DNA of 55,126 nucleotides from Rhodoferax sp. (GCA_035572155.1 DATNBD010000007.1:1-55126), one strand, 5' to 3'. Counted from the stretch's first letter, positions 24,607 through 34,937 are shown. Program-made: numbers and translations. The notes: generated by a model from the letters alone, not told the origin.

Positions 24607-25908
24607 TCAACCCATGTGCTGCGGCAGCCACAGCGCGATGGCCGGGAACGCGATCAGGATGACGAGCCGCAGGATGTCGGTGACGATGAACGGCAGCACG
24701 CCCTTGAAGATCGTGCTGAAGCTCACTTCCTTGACGACGCTCTTGATCACGAACACGTTCATGCCCACGGGTGGGTGAATCAGGCCCAACTCCACCGTCA
24801 TCACGATGATGATGCCGAACCAGATCGGATCGAACCCCATCGCGGTGATAACCGGAAAGACGATGGGAACCGTGAGGATGATCATGGCCATCGCGTCCAT
24901 CAGGCTGCCGAGGATCAGGAACGTGACCATCATCAGCGCCAGCACGCCGTAACGGCCGATGCCCAGGCCGGTGAGGAATTCGGTGAGCTTCTGCGGCGCC
25001 TGCGTGATCGTGAGAAAGTACCCGAACAGCAGTGCGCCGATCAACACCGTGAACACCGCCGCCGTGGTGCGCGTGGCCTGCAGCAGTGCGTCGCGCGTCT
25101 TTTTGCGATCCAGCTTGCCGCGCAGCACCCCCAGCAGATAGGCGCCGCTTGCGCCCACGCCGCCCGCCTCGGTCGGTGTAAAGAAGCCGCCGTACAGGCC
25201 ACCGATGACGAAGATGAACAGGGCCAGCGGCGCCCACACGGTCTTGAGCGCCTGCGCACGTTCGGCCCAGGGCCTGAGTTCGCCCGCGGGCAGCAGATCC
25301 GGCTTGAACTTGACGATGAGATTGACCGTGATGACGTACATCGTCATGGCCAGCAGGCCGGGCAGGATGCCTGCCATGAAGAGCTTGCCGATGTCCTGCT
25401 CAGTCAGGATCGCGTAGACGACCAGCACCGTGGAGGGCGGCAGCATGGCGCCTAGCGTGCCTCCCGCGGCGATCACGCCGGCCGAAAACGACTGCGGGTA
25501 GCGAAAGCGGCGCATCTCCGGATACGCGACGACGGAGAAGGTGGCGGCGGTCGCTACCGATGAGCCGCAAATCGCCGCGAAACCGCCGCAAGCGACGATG
25601 GTGGCGATTCCCAGGCCGCCGCGCAGGTGGCCGATGAAGGCATCTGCCGCGCGGAATATCTCCTTCGACAGGCCGGAGGCGGATACGAACGCGCCCATCA
25701 GCATGAACATGGGAATCACGCCGAAGGTGTAGTCGGTCACGGTGCGCATCGATGTCAGGCTGACCAGTTTCATGGCCGGTCCGCCGCCCACGATATAGCT
25801 GTAGCCGGTCACGCCCACCAGGCCCATGGCCATGCCGACCGGCACGCGCGCCAGCATCAGCAAAAACAGCACCGCGAAGCCAACGAGGGCCACCATGTCG
25901 TTGCTCAT
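24607..25908 (-). CDS. TRAP transporter large permease (DctM)
   Basis: IPMFMLMG, GSSVATAA, AGGTLGAMLPPS, FTPTEA and ELGLIHPPVGMN motifs. Confidence 0.95.
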   Translation of the reverse strand: MSNDMVALVGFAVLFLLMLARVPVGMAMGLVGVTGYSYIVGGGPAMKLVSLTSMRTVTDYTFGVIPMFMLMGAFVSASGLSKEIFRAADAFIGHLRGGLGIATIVACGGFAAICGSSVATAATFSVVAYPEMRRFRYPQSFSAGVIAAGGTLGAMLPPSTVLVVYAILTEQDIGKLFMAGILPGLLAMTMYVITVNLIVKFKPDLLPAGELRPWAERAQALKTVWAPLALFIFVIGGLYGGFFTPTEAGGVGASGAYLLGVLRGKLDRKKTRDALLQATRTTAAVFTVLIGALLFGYFLTITQAPQKLTEFLTGLGIGRYGVLALMMVTFLILGSLMDAMAMIILTVPIVFPVITAMGFDPIWFGIIIVMTVELGLIHPPVGMNVFVIKSVVKEVSFSTIFKGVLPFIVTDILRLVILIAFPAIALWLPQHMG

Positions 25909-25944
25909 CGCATGCCTCTAAAAACAATCCGGATCGTCATGTGC

Positions 25945-26463
25945 TCATGCCCGTTCGGCTTCCCGGCCACGCTCCAGTTCGGCGAGCCGCTCCGGCCGGA
26001 AGATCAATTGCCAGGTGCGGATGGCGATCAGCAAGACGGCGGAAGCATCACCCACCCAAGCCAGTGCATACAGCGGCCACACGGGGAGATTCAGGTCGAA
26101 AGTCTGCACGTGGTCGTGGTAGGTCGCGCGCACCTTGTCAAAAATGGCGTAGGTGTGCACGGCCACGACAAAAAGCAGCACCAGTGTCGCGAAGACATCG
26201 ATGTAGCGCTTGCCGCGCGCGCTCGCGCCGCTCCACACCAGATCGACGGTAATGTGGGTGCCCCGGTAGCTGGTGGCGGCAATGCCCCAGAAGATCAGGG
26301 TGCCCAGCAGGAGTTTGCCGAAGTCGTAACTATCCGGGATCGATGTGTCGAAGAACTTGCGCAGCACCACGGACACAAAGATATCGAGCGCGACAATGCC
26401 GATGAACAGCGCCGCCAGCCACTCGATGGTGTCGATGATGCGGTCCATGAAATCGCGTTTCAT
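25945..26463 (-). CDS. TRAP transporter small permease (DctQ)
   Basis: 4 predicted TM segments, HITVDL motif; lies between dctP and dctM. Start uncertain. Confidence 0.9.
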   Translation of the reverse strand: MKRDFMDRIIDTIEWLAALFIGIVALDIFVSVVLRKFFDTSIPDSYDFGKLLLGTLIFWGIAATSYRGTHITVDLVWSGASARGKRYIDVFATLVLLFVVAVHTYAIFDKVRATYHDHVQTFDLNLPVWPLYALAWVGDASAVLLIAIRTWQLIFRPERLAELERGREAERA

Positions 26464-26532
26464 GGCCGCCGGCGCGGCGCCCTGTGGGCCGCTATCCATT
26501 CGCTGCACGCGCGGTGGGCATCGACCCGGTCA

Positions 26533-27597
26533 TTATTGTCCGGCTCCGTACTTCACCAACTCCTTCTTGAGCGAATCCATGACCACCTTGGGATCGTAGC
26601 CGTCCTTGCGCACCGTCTTGGCCCATTCGGCTTCGACCGGAGCGACCGCCTTGTGCCACGCAGCGAGCTGCTCCGGCGTCAGTTTGTAGATGTCGTGTCC
26701 CGGCTCGGCCGCGATCTTGGCCTGTCCGGCACGCTCGAAGTCCGCCCAGGGGGAGGCGACCTTCTCGGCCCACTGGGTGGTGCAGTGGTCGTCGATCACC
26801 TTCCTTTGCGCCGGCGACATGGCGTTGTACTTATCCTTGTTCATCACCCACACGAACGGCGTGGTGTACAGCGCCACGTCCATGTGGTAGTTCACCACCT
26901 TGTCGATGCCGAACAGTACGATGGAGCCCCACGGGAAGGTAATGGCGTCGGCCACGCCGCGCGCCAGCGCATCGCGCGCGGCCGGCGCCGAGGCCTGCAC
27001 ATTGGTACCACCCAGGGATGTGACGAGCTGGCCGATCGTGCTGGTGGCCGGACGGATTTTCATGTCCTTGATGTCGGTGGGCCACACGATCTTCTTGTGC
27101 GAGTGGAAGGTGCCGGGGTCGTGCACGAAGGCAAAGCAGAAATGCACGTCCTTCATTTCCTTCGCCGCATAGGGGCGGTACCAGGCGTCGATGGCGGCCG
27201 AGCCGCCCTTGGCGTTGGAGAACAGGAAGGGCAGTCCGGCGCCGGCCATGATTGGAAAACGTCCTGGCTGATAGCCCGGGTTGACGTAAGCGAAGTCCGC
27301 GATGCCGTCGCGCGCCATATCGTAGTGGTCAAAGGCCTTGCCGAGTTGTTCAGACGGGTACAGCGTTGCGGTGATGCTGCCCCCGGATTCCTTCTTGATG
27401 TCTTCGGCCCATGCGATCAGCGAAGGGTTCAGTGGATGCTGCGGCGGTACCCAAGAAGACAATTTGAGCTGCACGGGCTTGTCTTGTGCGTGCGCGGCAG
27501 TGCCGAACAGCATCAATGCGGCGGCGCCGGCGATTGCCGCGTGGCCAGCATGGCCCCAGAGTTTTGCGAGAAGGCTGGTGAGTGGGTTGTAGCGCAT
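26533..27597 (-). CDS. TRAP substrate-binding protein (DctP family)
   Basis: AGGAG 7 nt before ATG 27597; signal peptide; LYPSEQLG, DGIAD, PGRFP, KIRP and ALARGVAD motifs. Confidence 0.92.
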   Translation of the reverse strand: MRYNPLTSLLAKLWGHAGHAAIAGAAALMLFGTAAHAQDKPVQLKLSSWVPPQHPLNPSLIAWAEDIKKESGGSITATLYPSEQLGKAFDHYDMARDGIADFAYVNPGYQPGRFPIMAGAGLPFLFSNAKGGSAAIDAWYRPYAAKEMKDVHFCFAFVHDPGTFHSHKKIVWPTDIKDMKIRPATSTIGQLVTSLGGTNVQASAPAARDALARGVADAITFPWGSIVLFGIDKVVNYHMDVALYTTPFVWVMNKDKYNAMSPAQRKVIDDHCTTQWAEKVASPWADFERAGQAKIAAEPGHDIYKLTPEQLAAWHKAVAPVEAEWAKTVRKDGYDPKVVMDSLKKELVKYGAGQ

Positions 27598-27829
27598 GTC
27601 ATGTCTCCTGATGAATTTTGGATTGAGGGAGCGAGCGGTTGGAATGCTGAGGTCGAAGGAAAACGCCGCAGAAAACCCGGTCTGATCTGCCTGCGTAGGA
27701 CTAACGGGTTTGCTGGCCGATTTCACCTCAGCGGTCCTCGCCAAACAAGCGGGAAAACGCTAGGCCACCCTCGCGCGGCGATGGTTGTTGGCGTAACGAG
27801 CGACGTCATGAAAGCGTGGGGTGCGGCGG

Positions 27830-29281
27830 TCAAAATGGGTAGTGACGCGGCGTGGTTTGCACGGTGATCCAGCGCAGATCGGTGAAGGCATCGATGCCGG
27901 CCCTGCCGCCAAAGCGCCCGATGCCGCTGCCTTTGACGCCGCCAAACGGCATCTGTGGTTCATCGTGCACCGTCGGGCCATTGATGTGGCAGATGCCGGA
28001 CTCGATGCGTTGCGCAACTTGCAGGGCGCGCGCGACATCGCGGCCAAATACCGCGCTGGACAGACCGTATGTATTGTCGTTGGCACAGGCGATGGCCTCC
28101 TCCGTGCCACTGACCCGCACGATGCCTTTGACGGGCCCGAAGGACTCCTCGCTGTAAATTTTCATTGCCGGGGTCACATGATCGAGCAGGGTCGCCGGCA
28201 TCAGCGTGTTGTCGGCTTTGCCGCCGCAGACCAGCCGGGCACCCTTGGCCACGGCGTCGTCGATCAGGGCGTTGCAACGTTTGACCGTGCTCATGTCTAC
28301 CACCGAGCCCAGCACCACTGGGCCCTTGCGCGGATCGCCCAGTGGCAGGCCGGTCGCCTTGGCCGCCAGGCGCGCAACGAAATCGTCCGCGATTTTGCTG
28401 TCCACGATGATGCGCTCGGTGGACATGCAGATCTGCCCCGAGTTGGCGAAAGCGCCAAAGGCTGCGCCGTTCACGGCGGCCTCCAGGTCCGCGTCGTCCA
28501 GCACCAGCAGGGGCGCCTTGCCACCGAGCTCCAGCACCACCGGCTTGAGATACTGGGCGCAGGTGGCGGCAATGATCTTGCCGACATGGGTGGAGCCGGT
28601 GAAGTTCACGCGCTTCACGGCCGGGTGGGCAATCATGGCGTGCACCACGGCCGCGGCATCGGCCGGGGCGTTCGTGATGAAGTTGACCACGCCGGGCGGC
28701 AGACCGGCTTCTTGCAGTGCTTCGATGACCAGGCCATGCGTTGCGGGGCAAAGCTCCGAACCTTTGAGCACCACCGTGTTGCCGCAAGCCAGCGGCACGG
28801 CGACCGCGCGCACGGACAGAATCACGGGCGCGTTCCAGGGTGCCATTCCCAGCACCACGCCGGCGGCCTGGCGCACACCCATGGACAGGCTGCCGGATAC
28901 ATCGGAGGGGATGACGTCGCCGCTGATTTGTGTTGTCAGCGCCGCCGCCTCCAGCAGGATCCCGGCTGCCAAATGCACGTTGAAGCCGGCCCACAGGCCC
29001 GAGGAGCCGGTTTCATCGGCCATGGCCGACGCAAAGGCCGCGGCCTTGGCTTCCAGCGCATGCGCGGCCTTGGTCAGCAGGTCGCGGCGCTCGCCGGGGC
29101 CGGTTGCGGCCCACGCGGGAAAAGCCCGGGCGGCGGCCTCCACGGCGGCCACTGCATCGGCCGGCGTCGCGGCAGGGGCGCGTGTCGCCACGCTGCCGTC
29201 CAACGGGTTGAGCCGCTCGAACGCGGCCTGGTTGCCGGCCTGTTGTTGTTCGCCGTTGATCAAAAGGGAAATGGTGTGCAT
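27830..29281 (-). CDS. Aromatic aldehyde dehydrogenase (benzaldehyde/vanillin/salicylaldehyde type)
   Basis: APWNAP, FTGSTHVG, LELGGK, GQICMS, EESFGP and PFGGVKGSG motifs. Confidence 0.9.
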   Translation of the reverse strand: MHTISLLINGEQQQAGNQAAFERLNPLDGSVATRAPAATPADAVAAVEAAARAFPAWAATGPGERRDLLTKAAHALEAKAAAFASAMADETGSSGLWAGFNVHLAAGILLEAAALTTQISGDVIPSDVSGSLSMGVRQAAGVVLGMAPWNAPVILSVRAVAVPLACGNTVVLKGSELCPATHGLVIEALQEAGLPPGVVNFITNAPADAAAVVHAMIAHPAVKRVNFTGSTHVGKIIAATCAQYLKPVVLELGGKAPLLVLDDADLEAAVNGAAFGAFANSGQICMSTERIIVDSKIADDFVARLAAKATGLPLGDPRKGPVVLGSVVDMSTVKRCNALIDDAVAKGARLVCGGKADNTLMPATLLDHVTPAMKIYSEESFGPVKGIVRVSGTEEAIACANDNTYGLSSAVFGRDVARALQVAQRIESGICHINGPTVHDEPQMPFGGVKGSGIGRFGGRAGIDAFTDLRWITVQTTPRHYPF

Positions 29282-29340
29282 GGCAAGTCTCCTTACGGTA
29301 ATTTCAGGGTGGCCCGGGGGTTCGTTTCACGCGGCAGTGT

Positions 29341-30957
29341 TCAGCTCACATCCACTTCGACCAGGATCGGGCCGTTCGAGCGCAGCGCCTGGCGCAGGGC
29401 TTCGTGCAGCAGCGCGGCATCGCTGACGCGCACCGCATCGCAGCCGTGGCCTTTGGCCAGCGCGACGAAGTCGAGGTCCGGCAAGGCCGTGCCCTCCAGC
29501 GTGTCGTGTGGTTTGAAGCCGAACGTGGGGGCGAATTCCTGCAATGCGGCGTAACGGCGGTTTTTCAGAATCACGAAAGTGATCGGCAAATTCAGCTGCG
29601 CGGCGCTCCACAGGGCCTGGATCGAATACATGGCGGAGCCGTCGCCCATAAGGCCGATCACGCGGGTGCCGGGCTTGCCCAGCGCGACGCCTACGGCGGC
29701 GGGCAGGCCATGGCCGAGGCCGCCGCTGCACATGGTGTAGAAAGTTTCGCTGCGCAGGATCGGCAGATAGTCGTGCATGGCCGGGCGCGAACTGGGCGCC
29801 TCTTCGACCACGATGGAGGCCGGATCGCGCACCTCGGCCAGCGTTTGCAATACATAGGGCACCGACATCAACTTGGTTGGCTCGGCCCGCGGCGGGGCGG
29901 ACCGCACTGGTGGCAGGGCGCGCGGGGCGGGCGCCGGGCGCGCCAGCAAATCAAGCACACCCAGGCGGATGCTGCCAACCACCGACGTGCCCGTGGGCGC
30001 CCAGGCGGCAATGGTTGGGTCGTCGATCAACTGGTACAGCGCGGCGTCGCTGGGCGCGTGCGGGCCCGCGCCTTCCACGTGGTAGGTGAAGACGGGCGCG
30101 CCGATTGCAAAAATCACGTCGTGGCCGCCGAGCAGACGCACGATGCTCTCGCGCATCGCCGGCAGAAACCCGGCAAACAGGCGGTGGTCTTCAGGAAAGC
30201 CGCAGCGTCCCGACATGGGCGCGACCCAGACCCGCGCGTTGTGGCGCTCGGCCAGTCGAAGCACTTCCTCCCAGGCGTTGCCACGGTCCACCGCGGCGCC
30301 AATGACAAGGGCGGGTCTGGCGCTGGCGTCGAGCGCCGCGCCGATCTGCTCGAGCACCCGCGGCTCGGGCCGCGATTCGGTGCTGACCACGCGCGGTAGC
30401 ACCCGCCCGGTCGGCTTTTCCCAGTCGTCCGCGGGGACCGAGACCAGCACCGGCCCGCGCGGTTCCTGCATCGCGATGTAATAGGCCCGGGCAATGGCCA
30501 GCGGTACGTCCTCGGCGCGAGCCGGCTCGCAGCTCCATTTGACGTAGGGCTTGGGTAGTTCAGTGGCCTGGTTTGAAAACAGGAATGGATCGAACGGCAG
30601 GATGGAGCGCGACTGCTGGCCAGCCGTGATGATCATGGGCGTGCGGTTTCTGTACGCCGTGAATATGTTGCCCATGGCGTGCCCAACGCCAACGGCCGAA
30701 TGCAAATTCACGAAGGACGCGTTGTGCGTGGCCTGCGCGTAACCATCCGCCATGCCCACCACCACCGATTCCTGCAAGCCCAGAACGTAGCGGAAATCGG
30801 ACGGGAAATCGAGGAACAGCGACAGCTCGGTGGAACCCGGGTTGCCGAAGATGGAGGTGACGTTGAAGCCACGCAGCAAATCCAGCACGGCTTCGCGCAC
30901 GGTTATTTTTTCAGTTGACGCGATCGCGTCAACAGGTGTTTTGGTACCGGTAGGCAT
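29341..30957 (-). CDS. mdlC: Benzoylformate decarboxylase (ThDP-dependent)
   Basis: FGNPGSTEL, GLQES, NLHSAVGVG, TAGQQ, SGGLG and GDGSAMYSIQ...KN ThDP motif. Confidence 0.9.
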   Translation of the reverse strand: MPTGTKTPVDAIASTEKITVREAVLDLLRGFNVTSIFGNPGSTELSLFLDFPSDFRYVLGLQESVVVGMADGYAQATHNASFVNLHSAVGVGHAMGNIFTAYRNRTPMIITAGQQSRSILPFDPFLFSNQATELPKPYVKWSCEPARAEDVPLAIARAYYIAMQEPRGPVLVSVPADDWEKPTGRVLPRVVSTESRPEPRVLEQIGAALDASARPALVIGAAVDRGNAWEEVLRLAERHNARVWVAPMSGRCGFPEDHRLFAGFLPAMRESIVRLLGGHDVIFAIGAPVFTYHVEGAGPHAPSDAALYQLIDDPTIAAWAPTGTSVVGSIRLGVLDLLARPAPAPRALPPVRSAPPRAEPTKLMSVPYVLQTLAEVRDPASIVVEEAPSSRPAMHDYLPILRSETFYTMCSGGLGHGLPAAVGVALGKPGTRVIGLMGDGSAMYSIQALWSAAQLNLPITFVILKNRRYAALQEFAPTFGFKPHDTLEGTALPDLDFVALAKGHGCDAVRVSDAALLHEALRQALRSNGPILVEVDVS

Positions 30958-31023
30958 CGGTCGATCTTCGGGGCAGTGGCGGTATAAATCAATAAAATAA
31001 CAAGACTATTTGGTATTAGATAA

Positions 31024-31923
31024 ATGCATATCAAAGACATTGACCTGAACCTGCTGCGCCTGTTTGAAACCGTTTTTCGCACGCGCAATGTCAGTCGCGC
31101 CGCCGAACTGCTGGATCTCACGCAGCCGGCCGCCAGCCAGGGTCTGACCCGCCTGCGCCTGCTGCTCAAGGACCCGTTGTTCGAGCGCGCGCCGGGCGGC
31201 GTCAAGCCGACGCCGCGTGCCGAGCGGCTGGCCGCGGCGGTGCAGCTCGCACTGTCGGCCATAGAGCACGCGCTGACAGAGAACGAGCAGTTCGATCCGG
31301 CCAATTCACGGCGTCTGGTGCGGCTGCACATGAGCGATATTGGCGAGCGCGTGTTCATGCCGCCGCTGATGCGCCAGATCATGAAGCTTGCGCCCGGCTT
31401 GCGGCTCGAAATGGTGCAGCTGGAGCCGCAGCGTGTGGCGCCAGAACTCGACAGCGGGCATCTGAACTTCGCGGTCGGGTTTTTGCCCACGGTGACCGAA
31501 ACCCGGCGTGAGCGGCTGCTTGACGACCGCTATGCCTTGCTGGTGCGCGCCGGCCATCCGCTGGCGGTATCCAGTCGCGGCAAGCCGCCAACGGTTGCCG
31601 AGTTGCGGCGCGTCGAGTTGGTGGCGGTGCGCTCGCACAGCGATACGCTGCGCATTCTGAAAATGCTCAAGCTGGAGGGGCAGTTGCGCATGACGACCAC
31701 CCACTATCTGGTGCTCCCGGCGGTCGTCAAGGCTACCGATCTGGGCGTGGTGATGCCGCGCAATATCGCGCGTGAATTCAATGCCGGCGGGGAGTTTGCG
31801 ATTCTTGAGCCAAGATTCCCGCTGCGCGACTTCACCGTGTCACTGCACTGGAGCCGGCGCTTCGAAGCCGACCCAGCCAACCGCTGGCTGCGTCAGACCG
31901 TGCTCGACCTGTTTGCCGAATAA
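31024..31923 (+). CDS. LysR family regulator (NahR/DntR-like)
   Basis: DLNLL...NVSRAAELLDLTQPAASQGLTRLR HTH; MSDIGE and DPANRWLR motifs; divergent from mdlC across a 66-bp AT-rich gap. Confidence 0.95.
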   Translation: MHIKDIDLNLLRLFETVFRTRNVSRAAELLDLTQPAASQGLTRLRLLLKDPLFERAPGGVKPTPRAERLAAAVQLALSAIEHALTENEQFDPANSRRLVRLHMSDIGERVFMPPLMRQIMKLAPGLRLEMVQLEPQRVAPELDSGHLNFAVGFLPTVTETRRERLLDDRYALLVRAGHPLAVSSRGKPPTVAELRRVELVAVRSHSDTLRILKMLKLEGQLRMTTTHYLVLPAVVKATDLGVVMPRNIAREFNAGGEFAILEPRFPLRDFTVSLHWSRRFEADPANRWLRQTVLDLFAE

Positions 31924-31965
31924 GGTACAACTCGGGGCGAGTCCCTGCCCGAGAACAGACGCCCC

Positions 31966-33114
31966 ATGCCCGAACTGCAATTGGCCGTGATCGATGTGAA
32001 GCCCGGTGCCGCGCTGGAGAGCCAGTCCGGCCTGCAACTGCTGCGTCCGCGCATTTACGGCGCTTGGGCGGCACCGGCCGGTGCCAAAAAGGTGGCCGCC
32101 ATCGTGATGCACCCCGCGAGCAACTTCATGGGGCACTACCTCACGCTGCCGCTGGCGCAGCGCGGCATCTGCTGCCTGGGTCTGAACTCGCGCTACGCGG
32201 GCAACGATACGCTGCTGCTGATGGAGCGCGTGATCCAGGACCTGGGCGCGGGTGTCCAGTGGTTGCGCGCACAGGGCTACGAGAAAGTGGTGCTGATCGG
32301 TAATTCGGGCGGGGCTTCGCTGGCGAGCTTCTACCAGGCGCAGGCCGAGCGGCTGACGATTGACACGCTGATCGACGGCGATCCGGCCGGACTCGTATCG
32401 TCCGATCTGCCGCCCGTGGACGGCCTGGCGCTGTGCGCCGCGCACGAAGGCCGCTCCACGCTCATGCGCCGCTGGATCGACCCTTCGGTCACCGACGAGC
32501 AGGATCCCCTGGCCACCGACCCGGCGTTCGATCTCTACGGTACGGCCAACGCGCCGCCTTACACCACGGAGTTCCTGGCGCGCTTTCAGGCCGCGCAGCG
32601 CGCGCGCCTGGCGCGTATCGAGGATTGGGTCTGGACGCGCCTGTGCCAGCTTCGCGACGGGGAAGGACGCCGCGTGCCCGGCAGCCCAAGAGACCAGACT
32701 TTCATTATTTACCGCACCCACGCCGATCCGCGCTTCCTCGATCTCGGTCTCGATCCGAACGACCGGCAGGTCGGCAGCGTCTGGGGCAACGGCTTTGCCG
32801 GCGCGCGTGCCGTCAACTACGCGGCCAGCCAGATGGGGCGCCTGACCTCGCTCACCGGTTTTTTGTCGCAATGGTCATCGCGCAGCCGTGCGGACGGCCC
32901 GGACAACCTCGCGAAAACCAGCGTACCGGTGCTGCTGTGCACCTACACGGCGGACCAGTCCACGTTCCCGAGCACGCGCGCGACCTGGTTGGCGGCCGGC
33001 GCTTCGCGCATCCGCAATGTGGATATTCCCGGGGGCAACCATTATCTCGCGGGTCAGCCGAACCTGGTTATTCGCGTGGCCGACGAGATGGCGGCCTGGA
33101 TACATGGGCTTTAG
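31966..33114 (+). CDS. Alpha/beta hydrolase of unknown substrate
   Basis: Nucleophile elbow LIGNSGGAS; candidate Asp (TADQ) and His (GGNHY). Confidence 0.85.
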   Translation: MPELQLAVIDVKPGAALESQSGLQLLRPRIYGAWAAPAGAKKVAAIVMHPASNFMGHYLTLPLAQRGICCLGLNSRYAGNDTLLLMERVIQDLGAGVQWLRAQGYEKVVLIGNSGGASLASFYQAQAERLTIDTLIDGDPAGLVSSDLPPVDGLALCAAHEGRSTLMRRWIDPSVTDEQDPLATDPAFDLYGTANAPPYTTEFLARFQAAQRARLARIEDWVWTRLCQLRDGEGRRVPGSPRDQTFIIYRTHADPRFLDLGLDPNDRQVGSVWGNGFAGARAVNYAASQMGRLTSLTGFLSQWSSRSRADGPDNLAKTSVPVLLCTYTADQSTFPSTRATWLAAGASRIRNVDIPGGNHYLAGQPNLVIRVADEMAAWIHGL

Positions 33115-33155
33115 ATAAGCCCCGCAAATGGCTTACGGCGCCGGGGTGCGCCGTT

Positions 33156-34937
33156 TCAGCTCAAAAACTGCAGTGCGGCAAGCTTGGCGTAGGTGCCGCC
33201 CAGCGCCACCAGTGTCTCGTGCGTGCCCTGTTCCACGATGCGGCCGTGGTCCATCACCACGATGCGGCCGGCCTGCTGCACGGTGGCCAGGCGGTGCGCA
33301 ATGACCAGCGTGGTGCGGCCTTGCATGGCCGACTCCAGCGCAGCCTGCACCATGCGCTCACTCTCGGCGTCCAGCGCGCTGGTGGCCTCGTCCAGCAGCA
33401 GCAGCGGCGGGTTCTTGAGCATGGCGCGCGCGATCGCGATGCGCTGGCGCTGGCCACCCGAGAGGCGCACGCCGCGCTCGCCCAGGAAGGTGTCGTAGCC
33501 CTCGGGCAGCGCCGTGATGAATTCGTGCGCAAAGGCGGCCAGCGCGGCGGCCCGTACCTGCTCGTCGCTGGCGTCGGGCTTGCCGTAGCGGATGTTCTCC
33601 AGCGCGCTGGTCGAGAAGATCACGGCATCCTGCGGCACGATGCCGATGCGCTGACGCAGGTCGTGCAGCGTCATCTCGCGCGTGGCCACGCCATCGAGCC
33701 GGATTGTGCCCGTGCCGGGGTCGTAGTAACGCAGCAGCAGCTGGAACACCGTGCTCTTGCCGGCGCCGCTGGGACCCACCAGCGCCACGGTTTCGCCGGG
33801 CGCCACGCTCAGGTTGAAGTCGGTCAGGGCCGCCTGCGTCGGGCGCGAGGGATAGTGAAATGTGATTTCTTCCAGATTAATAGCACTACCGATAGTTGTA
33901 GCGGGGACTGTCGCCGCTTTTGAGGGTGAAAAAATCGGCGAGCGAGATTCCAGCAATTCCATCAACCGCTCGGTCGCGCCGGCCGCGCGCAGCAAGTCGC
34001 CGTAGACCTCGCCGAGCACTGCGAACGCACTCGCCAGGATGATCACGTACAGCACCGTCTCACCCAGATGGCCGGCCGACATCTGCCCCGCCATCACCGC
34101 CTGCGTGCCCTGGTACAGCCCCCATAGCAGCGCAGCACTGGTGGCAATGATGATGAAGGCGACCAGCACCGAGCGCGCCTTCGAACGGTGCACCGCGGTC
34201 AGGAAGGCATTCTGGGTGGATGCGCCAAAGCGCGCCGCCTCGCGCCCTTCGGCGGTGTAGCTTTGCACCACGGGAATCGCGTTGAGCACTTCGGCGGCGA
34301 TCGCGCTGGCGTCGGCGATGCGGTCCTGGCTGGCGCGCGAGAGCCGGCGCACGCGCCGGCCAAACCAGAGGCTGGGCAGCACGATCAGCACCAGGATCAC
34401 GAGCACCGTGAACATCACATACGGATTGGTCCAGATCAGGATGGCCAACGCGCCCACGCCCATCACGGTGTTGCGCAACCCCATGCTCAGCGACGAGCCC
34501 ACAACCGTTTGCACCAGCGTGGTGTCGCCCGTCAGGCGCGAGAGCACCTCGCCGGTCTGGGTGGTTTCGAAAAACTCCGGGCTCTGGCGCAGCACATGAG
34601 CATAGACCGCGTTGCGGATGTCGGCAGTGACGCGCTCGCCGAGCCAGCTGACCATGTAGAAGCGTCCCGCCGAAAACAGCCCCAGCGCCACGGCTACGGC
34701 GAACAGCGCGAAGAAGTGCTCGCGCAGCGCCATCACCTGAGCTCCCTTGTCTGCCTTGATAAGGCCGCCGTCGATCAGGCCGCGCAGCGCCAGCGGAAAG
34801 AGCAGTGTGGCCGTCGCCGCCAGAACCAGGAACAGCAGCGCCAGCGCGATCCGGCCGCGGTAGGGCCGCAGAAACGGCAGCAGGCCGGACAGGGAGCGCG
34901 GAGAGCCCTTGCGGGCGTCGGTGGGGGAAGTAGCCAT
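33156..34937 (-). CDS. ABC exporter, fused permease/ATPase (MsbA-like)
   Basis: 6 predicted TM segments; GPSGAGKST, LSGGQRQR, LLLDEATSALD and IAHR motifs. Confidence 0.95.
   Translation of the reverse strand: MATSPTDARKGSPRSLSGLLPFLRPYRGRIALALLFLVLAATATLLFPLALRGLIDGGLIKADKGAQVMALREHFFALFAVAVALGLFSAGRFYMVSWLGERVTADIRNAVYAHVLRQSPEFFETTQTGEVLSRLTGDTTLVQTVVGSSLSMGLRNTVMGVGALAILIWTNPYVMFTVLVILVLIVLPSLWFGRRVRRLSRASQDRIADASAIAAEVLNAIPVVQSYTAEGREAARFGASTQNAFLTAVHRSKARSVLVAFIIIATSAALLWGLYQGTQAVMAGQMSAGHLGETVLYVIILASAFAVLGEVYGDLLRAAGATERLMELLESRSPIFSPSKAATVPATTIGSAINLEEITFHYPSRPTQAALTDFNLSVAPGETVALVGPSGAGKSTVFQLLLRYYDPGTGTIRLDGVATREMTLHDLRQRIGIVPQDAVIFSTSALENIRYGKPDASDEQVRAAALAAFAHEFITALPEGYDTFLGERGVRLSGGQRQRIAIARAMLKNPPLLLLDEATSALDAESERMVQAALESAMQGRTTLVIAHRLATVQQAGRIVVMDHGRIVEQGTHETLVALGGTYAKLAALQFLS
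33867..33922 (+). repeat. Dispersed ~55-bp bipartite motif, copy D (inside ABC exporter, TMD-NBD junction; degenerate left arm)
   Basis: TTCTTC-CAGATTA-ATAGC-ACTACCGATAGTTGTAGCGG-GGACT-GTCGCCGC-TTTTG. Confidence 0.55.

Noticed and set aside
25627-27867. 746-aa plus-strand ORF, and similar long ORFs at 14127-16043, 16267-18120, 27821-29554, 38555-40858, 46996-49206 and 49392-51170
   Set aside because: These are antisense or off-frame shadows of well-supported genes, expected at high GC3, with no recognisable motifs.
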